64,000 nucleotides of DNA from Bacillota bacterium (lineage in GTDB: Bacteria; Bacillota; Clostridia; Saccharofermentanales; DTU023). Under the pieces are notes generated by a model, which worked only from the letters and a program-made list of their open reading frames with translations, was not told where the DNA came from and searched no databases. Of the stretch, positions 1-9,176 are shown one piece after another (the stretch's first letter is position 1; every line of letters begins with the position of its first letter). The stretch spans positions 16,243 to 80,242 of the forward strand of contig JAMNZB010000057.1 of assembly GCA_023622515.1 (NCBI GenBank), read 5' to 3'. The position numbers and the translations under genes were made by a program.

Positions 1-549
1 CAGGGCAAGATTGATAGGTGCGGCCTGGCAGCCCGGGATATTACCCTAACTGCCCAGAGGCCCTACCTGATCCGCGATACAGTCTATGAGAATATTATCT
101 ATCCTCTGCGGATTAGAAAGATTTCAGGCAAAGACAGAACGAAAAAAGAGAAGGAAATAGATGACTACCTGGCCCTCTTTAATCTTCATGAAAAAAAGAA
201 TCAATACAGTCTGAGTTTGTCCAGCGGAGAAAGGCAGAAGCTATCTTTAATCAGGGCCCTGATTTTTGATCCGGAACTACTAATCATTGATGAGAGTCTT
301 TCCAACATGGATATAGAGAGTTCGGAGAAAATGGAGAAAATAATCCTTGACCGCCAGGCCGGTCAAGGGAAGACTTGCATCCTCATAAGCCATCAAATGT
401 CTTGTGTGTATCGGCTCTGCCAGCAAGTCCATTTTTTTTCCTCAGGCAGAATCCTTGAAAGTGCCTCTCGGGACCAGATTTTTCATAGATCGACAAATCC
501 CTTGGTAAGGAAATATATAGACAGTCAAAAGATAGGAGTAAAAGCTTAG
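1..549 (+). CDS. ABC transporter ATP-binding protein, C-terminal part (N-terminus lies upstream of the window)
   Basis: Frame 1 is open from base 1 (QGKIDRCGLAARDITLTAQRPYLIRDTVYENI...) into the listed 217..549 ORF. It has an ABC signature-like LSSGERQKLSLIRAL, Walker B LLIIDESLSNMD and H-loop-like ILISHQ. It lies directly upstream of two moeA genes, so a molybdate/tungstate importer ATPase is plausible but not shown. Confidence 0.8.
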   Translation, partial: QGKIDRCGLAARDITLTAQRPYLIRDTVYENIIYPLRIRKISGKDRTKKEKEIDDYLALFNLHEKKNQYSLSLSSGERQKLSLIRALIFDPELLIIDESLSNMDIESSEKMEKIILDRQAGQGKTCILISHQMSCVYRLCQQVHFFSSGRILESASRDQIFHRSTNPLVRKYIDSQKIGVKA

Positions 550-1778
550 TGAAATTACTAAAGGTAGATACTTTGGCAGAGGCTCGAGAAAAACTTCTGA
601 AAAGTCCTTTTGTCCAAAACATAAAGACGATGAAGGTGCAAGTGGCTCAAAGCCTTGCTTGTATTCTGGCCGAGAACATAACCTCCCCCCATGCTGTCCC
701 CGCCTTCCGGCGGTCAACGGTAGACGGCTATGCCGTTCAATCTCAGGACACTATGGGGGCAACAGAGTCGATCCCGTCATTTCTAAAAATTCTTGGAGAA
801 GTTGATATGGGGGAAGTCAATCAATTCCGGATAGATGCCGGAGAGTGCGTTTATGTTCCCACCGGCGGTATGTTGCCTCAAGGGGCCGACGCAATGGTGA
901 TGGTGGAATTTTGTGAGCCCTTTTCAGAAGATTCTCTTGCCGTCTATAGGTCGGTGGCACCCGGCAACAATCTTGTCGAGATTGGTGATGACATACAAAT
1001 GGGCAGCCCGGTTTTTGAAAAAGGCAGGAAAATTGGAGCGCATGAGATTGGGGTTTTATCCTCTATGGGGATAGGGGAGGTGGAAGTCTTTCAGCCCTTC
1101 ACGATAAGCATCTTCTCTACGGGAGATGAACTTATCGGAACTGATGAAAAACTAAGTCCGGGTAAGGTCTATGATATCAACACCCCTGCCTTAGAGGCAC
1201 TCTGTCTTGAAGCCGGCTTTCGTGTACTTGAAAAGGGGGTCCTGCCCGATGAAAGAAATGTCCTGGAGAAGGCGGTTGCCGGAGCAATGGAAACTGCAGA
1301 CATAGTGTTGGTGTCAGGTGGCAGCTCGCAAGGCAAAAAGGATATGACTGCTGAAATATTGGATGCGGCTTCAGCTGGCGGCCTGATGACTCATGGTTTA
1401 GCTTTAAAGCCCGGAAAGCCTACGATTACCGCCTATGACCGGAGAACAGAGACCTTGCTTTTTGGCCTGCCCGGTCATCCGGTTGCAGCTGTAATGATTT
1501 TCAGATTTTTAGTCCTTTGGCTTAAGGACCAATACTTGGGCAAAGAAAAGGAAAGACCCCTTTGGGCGGAGCTAACGGCCAGTATTGCCGGGGATTCCGG
1601 TAAGGAAACCGTTCAACTGCTTTATTTGGAGGAAACGGAAGAGGGCTATTTGGCGCATCCGATTTTCAGTAAGTCAGGACTCATGACCGGTCTTAGCAAG
1701 GCAGAAGGGTATACCTTGATCGGGAGAAATACAGAGGGTATCAAAAAGGGAGACAAAGTAAAGGTATACTTATTTTAG
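549..1778 (+). CDS. moeA: Molybdopterin molybdenumtransferase MoeA
   Basis: 409 aa with a GTG start that shares one base with the upstream TAG stop (TAGTG). MoeA-type motifs are present: RRSTVDGYAV, STGDEL, VSGGSSQGKKD and GLPGHPVAA, at typical MoeA length. Confidence 0.85.
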   Translation: MKLLKVDTLAEAREKLLKSPFVQNIKTMKVQVAQSLACILAENITSPHAVPAFRRSTVDGYAVQSQDTMGATESIPSFLKILGEVDMGEVNQFRIDAGECVYVPTGGMLPQGADAMVMVEFCEPFSEDSLAVYRSVAPGNNLVEIGDDIQMGSPVFEKGRKIGAHEIGVLSSMGIGEVEVFQPFTISIFSTGDELIGTDEKLSPGKVYDINTPALEALCLEAGFRVLEKGVLPDERNVLEKAVAGAMETADIVLVSGGSSQGKKDMTAEILDAASAGGLMTHGLALKPGKPTITAYDRRTETLLFGLPGHPVAAVMIFRFLVLWLKDQYLGKEKERPLWAELTASIAGDSGKETVQLLYLEETEEGYLAHPIFSKSGLMTGLSKAEGYTLIGRNTEGIKKGDKVKVYLF

Positions 1779-1788
1779 ACAGGAAAAA

Positions 1789-3699
1789 ATGATGAAAAAA
1801 AGAAGGTTATATTTAGAAAATACTCCGGCAGAAGAAGCCTTGGAAAAATATATGGCAGCCCTGGCAGGCAAGCTTCAGCTTAACTATGAAGAGATACCCG
1901 TGGTGGAATCTCTGGGTAGAAAGACTAAAGAGGCTGTCATGGCAAAATATTCCTCCCCCATGTTTAATGCGGCAGCTATGGATGGAATAGCGGTTATAGC
2001 TGAACGAACTTATGGGGCTAGCGAGGTTAATCCCCTTATCTTGGAAGAAAACAGGGACTACATCTATGTGGATACAGGTGACCCCATAAATGAGCCTTAT
2101 AATGCTGTGATTATGGCTGAGGATTTAATCGAGCAAGGGGAGGGGAAACTCAAAATTTTAGCCTCTGTTCCCCGCTGGAATGATATAAGGCCTGTTGGGG
2201 AGGATATTGTAGCAGGCGAGATGATTATTCCCGGCAAGCATATTATCCGGGCCATAGATATCGGTGTCCTGTTGTCCGCCGGTATAACAGAAGTTAAGGT
2301 TATTAAGCAGCCCGAAGTTGCGATTTTTCCAACCGGAAGTGAGCTGATAGAAGCAGGGGAAGAACCCCAAGAAGGAAGCATCGTGGAATCAAATTCCCGA
2401 ATGTTTGAGAACATGGTAACCGAGCAAGGGGGACGAGCAAGACGCTTTCCCATCCTTGCAGATGACTATGAGATTATACGAGCTAAGGTTCAAGCAGCTG
2501 TTCGAGACCATGATTTAGTTATTATAAATGCCGGTTCCAGTGCGGGAAGGGAAGATTATACCGTCCACGTGCTGGAAGAATTAGGCGAGGTCATTATTCA
2601 TGGTGTTGCCATTAAGCCGGGCAAGCCGGTTATTCTGGCTATTGTCGAAGGAAAGCCGGTAGTTGGTCTCCCGGGCTACCCGGTTTCTGCCTATATTGCC
2701 TTTAAAAATTTTGTTTCTCCTATTCTCAGACTTTTAGCAGGCCAAGGCGCGGAGGAAACAAAAAGGGTAAAAGCAGTCATCACAAAAAGACTGATATCCT
2801 CTTTGAAGCATAGGGAGTATATTCGAGTCAAAGTAGGGGATGTTGCCGGAAAGATGGTGGCATCACCTCTAGCTAGGGGAGCAGGCGCTGCCATGTCCTT
2901 AATTCGAGCAGACGGCTTTTGTGTAATAGACCAAAACAGTGAAGGGATAGAGGCAGGAGAAGAAGTTGAAATAGAACTCTATAGGGATATTGACCAGGTT
3001 AAAAACACCTTGATGCTTGTTGGCAGCCATGATTTAATCTTGGACTTAATTGCTGATAAAATGTCTAATCTTACTGCCGATACCTATCTCTCAAGTACCC
3101 ACATAGGGTCTCTGGGGGGCTTGATGGCCTTAAGAAGGGGGGAGGCCCATATGGCACCTGTACACCTGCTTGACGAGGAAGAGGGACTTTACAACATTCC
3201 CTATGTGAAAAGACTTTTCGATGAACCCATGTCCGTTATTAAGGGAGTAGAAAGAATACAAGGGATTATGATAAAAAAAGGAAATCCTTTGAATATAAAG
3301 ACTTTGTCAGACTTAAGGAGAGTCCGGTTTGTTAACAGGCAAAGAGGAGCCGGTACAAGAGTTCTTTTAGATTACCTCCTGAGGAAGAAAGGTATAATAC
3401 CGGAAGAAATCAATGGTTATGCCCATGAAGCTGCTACCCATATGGCTGTGGCCGCTATGGTAAAAAGTCAAAGCGTAGATGCCGGGATTGGTATTTATTC
3501 TGCAGCTAAAGCAATGAACTTGGACTTTATTCCTATAGGAAAGGAAGAGTATGATTTTGTTATCCCTAACCGTTTCTTAGATTTAGCTCACGTTCAAATC
3601 TTTATCTCTATCCTGAAGTCTAGGGATTTTAAGGACGGTTTGCTTGAATTGGGCGGCTATGGTTGGTTGAAGGCGGGAGAGGTTATTGCGGTAAAATAG
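1789..3699 (+). CDS. Second MoeA paralog fused to a C-terminal periplasmic-binding-protein-like domain
   Basis: 636 aa. The first ~400 aa repeat the MoeA motifs (AAMDGIAV, PTGSELI, INAGSSAGREDY, GLPGYPVSAY). The last ~230 aa (LMLVGSHDLILDLIAD ... GYGWLKAGEVI) look like a substrate-binding (PBP-type) domain. The domain call is from pattern recognition only. Confidence 0.75.
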   Translation: MMKKRRLYLENTPAEEALEKYMAALAGKLQLNYEEIPVVESLGRKTKEAVMAKYSSPMFNAAAMDGIAVIAERTYGASEVNPLILEENRDYIYVDTGDPINEPYNAVIMAEDLIEQGEGKLKILASVPRWNDIRPVGEDIVAGEMIIPGKHIIRAIDIGVLLSAGITEVKVIKQPEVAIFPTGSELIEAGEEPQEGSIVESNSRMFENMVTEQGGRARRFPILADDYEIIRAKVQAAVRDHDLVIINAGSSAGREDYTVHVLEELGEVIIHGVAIKPGKPVILAIVEGKPVVGLPGYPVSAYIAFKNFVSPILRLLAGQGAEETKRVKAVITKRLISSLKHREYIRVKVGDVAGKMVASPLARGAGAAMSLIRADGFCVIDQNSEGIEAGEEVEIELYRDIDQVKNTLMLVGSHDLILDLIADKMSNLTADTYLSSTHIGSLGGLMALRRGEAHMAPVHLLDEEEGLYNIPYVKRLFDEPMSVIKGVERIQGIMIKKGNPLNIKTLSDLRRVRFVNRQRGAGTRVLLDYLLRKKGIIPEEINGYAHEAATHMAVAAMVKSQSVDAGIGIYSAAKAMNLDFIPIGKEEYDFVIPNRFLDLAHVQIFISILKSRDFKDGLLELGGYGWLKAGEVIAVK

Positions 3700-3767
3700 A
3701 AGTTAGTGAAATTTTTTCCACATACTTTATAATATGGGAGGTAAAAACAGAAATAAGGAGAGGACCT

Positions 3768-4121
3768 ATGTTTGGAGAGAAAGTTAGAGCCTTGCGCTTA
3801 CAAAGGGAAATGACTCAAAAGGAACTTGCCGAAAAGATAGGTGTTTCTACCCGGAGTCTGATTAACTACGAAACCGGTAAATGCCATCCTCGCCAAGCTT
3901 CGGTCGTGGCCAAATTAGCGGAGGCCTTAGGGGTAACAGCTGATTTTTTATTTAATGATAGAGAATGTATGAGCAAAACAAGTGAGGCAATGGATGCTGA
4001 AAATTTAGTTCAGCAGTTGTCGGCCTTATTTACCGGGGGCAAACTCAGCAAGGCTGACCGGGATGCGGCGATGCAAAGCTTGCAAAAAGCCTACTGGGAC
4101 GGACTAAAAACAGAGGAATGA
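3768..4121 (+). CDS. XRE-family helix-turn-helix transcriptional regulator
   Basis: The ATG at 3768 is preceded by AAGGAGAGG. The N-terminus MFGEKVRALRLQREMTQKELAEKIGVSTRSLINYETGK is a classic Cro/C1 HTH. The in-frame 3663 extension has no such support. Confidence 0.8.
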   Translation: MFGEKVRALRLQREMTQKELAEKIGVSTRSLINYETGKCHPRQASVVAKLAEALGVTADFLFNDRECMSKTSEAMDAENLVQQLSALFTGGKLSKADRDAAMQSLQKAYWDGLKTEE

Positions 4122-4251
4122 GGCCTTGTAAGCCCGGTATGTTTTGTAGCTGATGACTTGTTTGTATCAGTATGCAGACCGGGCTGTAGAATTTATTCGT
4201 AATACAAGCTAGTGTATTGTCAGATTTTCTCGAGAAAGATAAAATGAGAGT

Positions 4252-5628
4252 ATGAAAGAAATGAATGTTCAATATAGAGATAATATTGTTGGCAAATTTG
4301 TCGTCATCCTTTTACTCCTAGCCCTCTGTTTACCTCTTGTTGCCTGTGATATGTTTGCGAGAAGTAAGGGAGATAGTGAGGTTGCTCGCTATGGTGATTC
4401 AGGCAGGTCTTTTGCCTTGCGCATGATTAAGCAATTTCCTTTTCGTGGTCCGGGTACGGCAGAAGAAAGCCAAGTTGCCGATTTTATCATGGCAGATTTG
4501 GCCAGATACGGTGTGCAGGCTGAAAAACAAGAGTTTCATTACACCGGGCCAAGTGGCGAACGAAAAACGTCGGCAAATGTTGTCCTTACCATCAAGGGAA
4601 AAGGTCTTACCAAGGCGGAAGTGGAAGATGACAATCCTCTAAAGGATTCTGTGGCTATGCAATTACCGGTAAATTTGGAAGACTTATACATTCTTGTGGG
4701 TGCCCATTACGACACAAAATATAGCTATCAAGAGGCGGAGCGAGTAGAAGCGGAGCGGCAGACTGCGGCGACCAATGAAGATGGTCTTCCGATTAGCGAG
4801 GGCTCTAAATTGCCCCCCTTGACGGAAAGTAACGGCATAGATGACAATGCAGCGGCTGTTGCCAGCCTCTTTACACTAATCGGCAACCTGCAGAGCGAAC
4901 GACCTGCCCTTGACGTACGTATTGTCTTTTTTGGTGCCGGGCACGATGATTATGCCGGAGCGAGGCACTATGCCCAAAATCTGAGTGAGGCGGAAAGGAT
5001 GAACATGCATACGATGGTCAATCTTGAGCGGATCTATGCAGGGGATAAGGTCTATGCCCATGCGGGGCAAAATGCTGTCTTGGGAGGAAGTGCAAAAGAT
5101 TATAGTAAGCGGCAAAGCCTCTATATTTGTACCGATGTGTACTACAATAATTTACTCTTGACCAATAACGGTTTTGCCTTATATACCAACCAGAGCAATT
5201 ACTTTAAAACTTTGCCCGACGGCACAAGGGCGGCCTATCGTGAGTGGACAGAGAGAAGGGGGAACCATAGTCCCTTCGATGAGATGGGAATTCCCATCGT
5301 ATTCTTTGAATCTGCAGATTATGACGTCCGCCATGGCGACGACCCGATTAAGCAAAGTAATGACCCCTTTTTCTCGGCGGTCGACGGGTATATTGCCGGC
5401 AGTGCCTATGATTCCGCCAAGATCCTTCTTGATTACTATGTGCCTTCCGGCCAACTGAAAAATATGAATTATTTCGGCGCCGAAGAAGCAGAAGAGGCCA
5501 CTTCTGTGGAGGAAACGGAGCTGGACTATATTGAAAAAGTTGACCCGCTGGAAATTCGCATCAATAATATTGCTTTCATTATTGCTGAGCTTTGTTCTCA
5601 CGTGCCCTATGGGGCAAAGATTAAGTAA
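4252..5628 (+). CDS. M28-family peptidase-like lipoprotein
   Basis: 458 aa with a signal peptide and lipobox-like LPLVAC. M28-like motifs are VGAHYDT, IDDNAAAVASL and NHSPFDEMGIP. The usual GAEE metal/catalytic motif reads GAGHDD here. Confidence 0.6.
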   Translation: MKEMNVQYRDNIVGKFVVILLLLALCLPLVACDMFARSKGDSEVARYGDSGRSFALRMIKQFPFRGPGTAEESQVADFIMADLARYGVQAEKQEFHYTGPSGERKTSANVVLTIKGKGLTKAEVEDDNPLKDSVAMQLPVNLEDLYILVGAHYDTKYSYQEAERVEAERQTAATNEDGLPISEGSKLPPLTESNGIDDNAAAVASLFTLIGNLQSERPALDVRIVFFGAGHDDYAGARHYAQNLSEAERMNMHTMVNLERIYAGDKVYAHAGQNAVLGGSAKDYSKRQSLYICTDVYYNNLLLTNNGFALYTNQSNYFKTLPDGTRAAYREWTERRGNHSPFDEMGIPIVFFESADYDVRHGDDPIKQSNDPFFSAVDGYIAGSAYDSAKILLDYYVPSGQLKNMNYFGAEEAEEATSVEETELDYIEKVDPLEIRINNIAFIIAELCSHVPYGAKIK

Positions 5629-5738
5629 AAGGACACTTCGCAAAAAACACCTATTAAGAATTAACACAAAACATCTATTACAAAAGAATAATCAAGTGAT
5701 ATGATGAAATTAGTGATACAGAAGGAGGTTAAGATCAA

Positions 5739-6179
5739 ATGTGGGTTTATTGGTTGATTATTATCCTTTTGGCTATTGTTGCGGAATTAGCCACCATAAA
5801 TTTGGTAAGTATTTGGTTTGCCCTTGGAGCTGCTGTTGCCTTGCTGGCTGACTTGTTGTCAGTCAAGCAAACGGTTCAAATCCTTTTGTTTTTCGTTGTT
5901 TCCTTTATCGGAATTATCGTCTTTCTTATCGTTTTCCGTCCTAGGATGCAAAAAGCACAGGGCAAGCTCGAATCAACCAATGCAGATAGAATTATCGGCC
6001 GCGAGGCAGTCGTTATAAAAGAAATCAAACCCTATGAAAACCTTGGCCAAATAAGAGTCCTGGGGCAAATTTGGAGTGCTGTTTCTGTAGATGAAGAAGA
6101 ATCCATACCAGTGGATACAAAGGTGAAAGTTGTTGGAATCAAAGGTGTGCGCGCTGAGGTCTGCCTGTTGGATGAGTAA
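5739..6179 (+). CDS. NfeD-family membrane protein
   Basis: 146 aa with two or three N-terminal TM helices and a C-terminal soluble beta-domain (GQIRVLGQIWSAVS...VKVVGIKGVRAEV). It sits in the classic position upstream of an SPFH gene. Confidence 0.75.
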   Translation: MWVYWLIIILLAIVAELATINLVSIWFALGAAVALLADLLSVKQTVQILLFFVVSFIGIIVFLIVFRPRMQKAQGKLESTNADRIIGREAVVIKEIKPYENLGQIRVLGQIWSAVSVDEEESIPVDTKVKVVGIKGVRAEVCLLDE

Positions 6180-6298
6180 TTTGCTCTTTAACAAAGAGTC
6201 AGGAAGTAATCCCTTAATAAAATCAGAGCGTATGTCTTCAAAGCGCTCAAACAAACTATAAGCTCAAACAAAGTATAAAAAGTATAAGGAGAAGAAAT

Positions 6299-7300
6299 AT
6301 GCTATTAGCCCTACCGGTAAAATTATCCCCCATTATTGCCCTAGTTGTCATTTTGCTCGTGGTTATTATTAAAAATATCCGTGTTGTTCCCCAAGCCTAT
6401 GCCTATATTGTGGAGCGCTTGGGAACCTATAAAGCGACTTGGGGAGTGGGACTTCATACTAAGGTGCCTTTTATTGATACTGTCGCAGAAAAAATTTCCT
6501 TAAAAGAGAAGGTCGCTGATTTCCCACCACAAGCGGTTATCACAAAAGATAACGTTACCATGCAGATTGACACCGTTATTTTCTATCAGGTGGTGGACCC
6601 CAAGTTGTACACCTATGGCATTGAAAACCCTATTGATGCCATTGAAAACTTGTCTGCAACAACCTTGAGAAACATCATTGGTGACTTAGAACTGGACGAT
6701 ACTCTGACTTCCCGTGATCACATTAATACTCAAATGCGCTTGATTTTGGATGAAGCGACAGATGCCTGGGGCATTAAGGTTAATCGGGTTGAGCTTAAAA
6801 ATATTATTCCGCCCACAGAAATTCAGGATGCCATGGAACGGCAGATGAAAGCGGAACGGGTCAAAAGGGAAAAGATTCTTTTAGCTGAAGGTGAGAAAGA
6901 ATCAAAAATTTTGGTCGCTGAAGGGGAACGCGAAGCTGAGATTCTACGGGCTGATGCAAAAAAGCAAAAGGATATTCTTGAAGCAGAAGGACGGGCCCAG
7001 GCCATACTTAGTGTCCAGGAGGCCACCGCCAAAGGGCTTAAAATGATAAAAGATGTACAGCCGGATGACGGGCTTATTAGCCTGCAAGCCCTAGATACGA
7101 TGAAAATAGTTGCTGACGGAAAAGCAACCAAGATTATTATTCCTTCTGAACTGCAATCTTTAGCCGGCTTGGCCGTTTCTATGAAAGAAATTCTGGCTGA
7201 TAGCGAGATACATGGCGAAGAGAATTCCCCAACAAGTCCCCAAAGGCCGGAAAGATCAAGACCCGGCAGCCAAGGTGAAAATCCGACTCGCAGTCTCTAG
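6299..7300 (+). CDS. SPFH/Band-7 (stomatin/QmcA-like) membrane protein
   Basis: 333 aa with an N-terminal TM helix and an SPFH core (VVPQAYAYIVERLGTYKATWGVGLH ... TLRNIIGDLELDDTLTSRD ... WGIKVNRVELKNI). A coiled-coil E/A/K-rich region and a proline-rich tail follow. Confidence 0.9.
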   Translation: MLLALPVKLSPIIALVVILLVVIIKNIRVVPQAYAYIVERLGTYKATWGVGLHTKVPFIDTVAEKISLKEKVADFPPQAVITKDNVTMQIDTVIFYQVVDPKLYTYGIENPIDAIENLSATTLRNIIGDLELDDTLTSRDHINTQMRLILDEATDAWGIKVNRVELKNIIPPTEIQDAMERQMKAERVKREKILLAEGEKESKILVAEGEREAEILRADAKKQKDILEAEGRAQAILSVQEATAKGLKMIKDVQPDDGLISLQALDTMKIVADGKATKIIIPSELQSLAGLAVSMKEILADSEIHGEENSPTSPQRPERSRPGSQGENPTRSL

Positions 7301-7323
7301 GAGCGGGTGTTAGGGGAAGAAGG

Positions 7324-8481
7324 ATGTTACGCGGCTTATACTTCAAAAATTTCTCGCTGCTTCGTGAGTTTCATCTTGGTTTAGGCCAGTCCGATCTAGC
7401 GGAAAGGAAGCCTGTAAAAGAGAGTCATGAGCGAGCTCGTGAGCTTGGCTCTTTGGTAGGCCTTATCGGTAAGAATAGTAGTGGGAAAAGTACTATTTTT
7501 GAAGGGCTGGCCTTTCTTCGTGATATCCTCTTGTTTAGTCTTGCGGAAGCGGCCAGCAGGGAGGAACGGGGCGGATTTGCCCGTTTACGGTCTCATGAGG
7601 CCGAAGCCGGTGAGGAGATGGTCCTGTCGGTTATCTTGGACGACAAGCAGAATTATTTTTTATATAGCTTGGTCTTAAATGCCGATCGATATGAGCGCCC
7701 TTACATCCAGGAAGAAACACTCAGGCTTTATGCCAAGGAAGGCGGGACAAAAAAAGACCTTATTTCCTTAAAGGAGAGGCAACTTTCCTTTCTTTCGCCT
7801 GAGGGTGAAGAGCGGAAAATTCATCTTGAAGATGGGAAGAAAACAGCCTTGTCTTTTTTAGGCAGAGTAAAGGAGTTTCCGCTCTTGCGCTACGTCTATC
7901 ACAGTTTGACAAGGGTTTTTGTCTATCGCCTTTTGCCCGAGCGGGAAAGTCGGCCATATAGAGAGGCAGGAGGCCATAAGCATTTGAAAGAGGGGCTGCA
8001 CAATCTTGAAAATGTGCTTGCCTATCTTGAAGGGCAAGATGCGTCAGCCTATTATGACTGGCTAAACCGGGCACTGGATAAAATTCCCCAATTTTCTTTT
8101 CGCGGTGAGCGCTTTTCGCTCGAAAAAATGAGTCCGGGTGAACGGAAATTATTTGAAATGCTTGTTCTTCTGGCCAATAACTATTCACTCCTCTGTTTTG
8201 ATGAGCCGGATGTTAGCTTATATTACAAGTTGATTGAGGCACTTCTGAAGGAAGTGCGCGACTACACCCTAAGAGTGGACAATGCCCAAATCTTTATAAC
8301 CACCCATAATACCAATATGCTGCAAGGCCTGCGACCGGAAGAGGTCTGGGTCTTGGAGCGGTCCGGACTAAACAATGCGACGGCGCGCCCGGCAGACCGG
8401 GATCCCCTTGTTCGTGCCATGTATGAGGAGGGTATCGACATGGGAACGCTCTGGTATGGTGGATATTTGGGAGAGGGATAG
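7324..8481 (+). CDS. ABC-type (AAA_15/AAA_21-like, SMC/OLD-like) ATPase without transmembrane or substrate-binding partners
   Basis: 385 aa. The N-terminus LRGLYFKNFSLLREF is typical of the family. Walker A is GKNSSGKST, the signature-like motif is MSPGERKLFEMLVLL, Walker B/D-loop is LLCFDEPDVSLY, and the H-loop-like motif is IFITTHN. Confidence 0.75.
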   Translation: MLRGLYFKNFSLLREFHLGLGQSDLAERKPVKESHERARELGSLVGLIGKNSSGKSTIFEGLAFLRDILLFSLAEAASREERGGFARLRSHEAEAGEEMVLSVILDDKQNYFLYSLVLNADRYERPYIQEETLRLYAKEGGTKKDLISLKERQLSFLSPEGEERKIHLEDGKKTALSFLGRVKEFPLLRYVYHSLTRVFVYRLLPERESRPYREAGGHKHLKEGLHNLENVLAYLEGQDASAYYDWLNRALDKIPQFSFRGERFSLEKMSPGERKLFEMLVLLANNYSLLCFDEPDVSLYYKLIEALLKEVRDYTLRVDNAQIFITTHNTNMLQGLRPEEVWVLERSGLNNATARPADRDPLVRAMYEEGIDMGTLWYGGYLGEG

Positions 8482-8483
8482 GC

Positions 8484-9176
8484 ATGCTGATTGAAGTATT
8501 AAGTGAAGATCGATCAGCGATCCCGGTTTTAGAGCACTTCCTTGGGGAAGAAGTAAAAAGACGCAAGCAAAAGTATGGCATGAACTTTCGCCCGCATCGC
8601 GGCATAGGTAGACTTGCCGATGACCCGCACTGTCCCCCCGCCATAAACAAGACGGGCCTTTATGATTTGCTTCCGGCTAAGCTTCGTGCCTATGAAAAAC
8701 TCAGTAAAAAATTCAACATTTTACTTGTTGTCGTTCATGACGCAGACGAAAAGGACGAGGATTCTTTTTATCAACAATTGGAATATCTGTTTCGTACTTT
8801 CAGCCCAAGCCACTTTTTTGTAATCGGCATTGCTGTAGAGGAGGTTGAAGCCTGGCTGCTTGGTGATTTTCAGGCTATTCAAAAAGCCTATCCTACTGCT
8901 GATAAAAAAATGTGGCAGACCTATCGGCAAGATAGTGTTTGCGGAACCTGGGAACTTCTTGCTCGGATTGTAGAGGGGAAGAAAAGGGCTAAAGAGTTGA
9001 TACGACTGGGCTATCCCGCAGTTGGTATTTACAAAAGTGAATGGGCGAAGAATATTGCCCCCTATCTGGTGGCTGAAAGAAATCGGTCCCCCAGTTTCCG
9101 GAAGTTTTTTACCCGTTTCCGGAACATTCTTTCCCTGGCAGAAGAAAGGCAAAATGATTCAGGGGGTGTGTCATGA
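8484..9176 (+). CDS. Toprim-like protein resembling the DUF4276 family (possible nuclease effector)
   Basis: 230 aa. It has an N-terminal acidic strand MLIEVLSEDRSAIPVLEHFL, a DxD-type acidic cluster LLVVVHDADEKDED, EEVEAWLLGD, and a C-terminal SPSFRKFFTRF. It starts 2 nt after the ATPase stop. The family assignment is from memory of the family pattern, not from a search. Confidence 0.55.
   Translation: MLIEVLSEDRSAIPVLEHFLGEEVKRRKQKYGMNFRPHRGIGRLADDPHCPPAINKTGLYDLLPAKLRAYEKLSKKFNILLVVVHDADEKDEDSFYQQLEYLFRTFSPSHFFVIGIAVEEVEAWLLGDFQAIQKAYPTADKKMWQTYRQDSVCGTWELLARIVEGKKRAKELIRLGYPAVGIYKSEWAKNIAPYLVAERNRSPSFRKFFTRFRNILSLAEERQNDSGGVS

Noticed and set aside
3663-3767. N-terminal extension of the XRE regulator ORF back to 3663
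   Set aside because: The extension overlaps the end of the MoeA-fusion gene and is not HTH-like. The ATG at 3768 has a good RBS and gives a canonical HTH N-terminus.
4122-4251. Long imperfect hairpin (AGCCCGGT ... ACCGGGCT) after the XRE gene as a terminator
   Set aside because: The loop is large, the stem is interrupted and no T-tract follows, so I could not support a terminator call.
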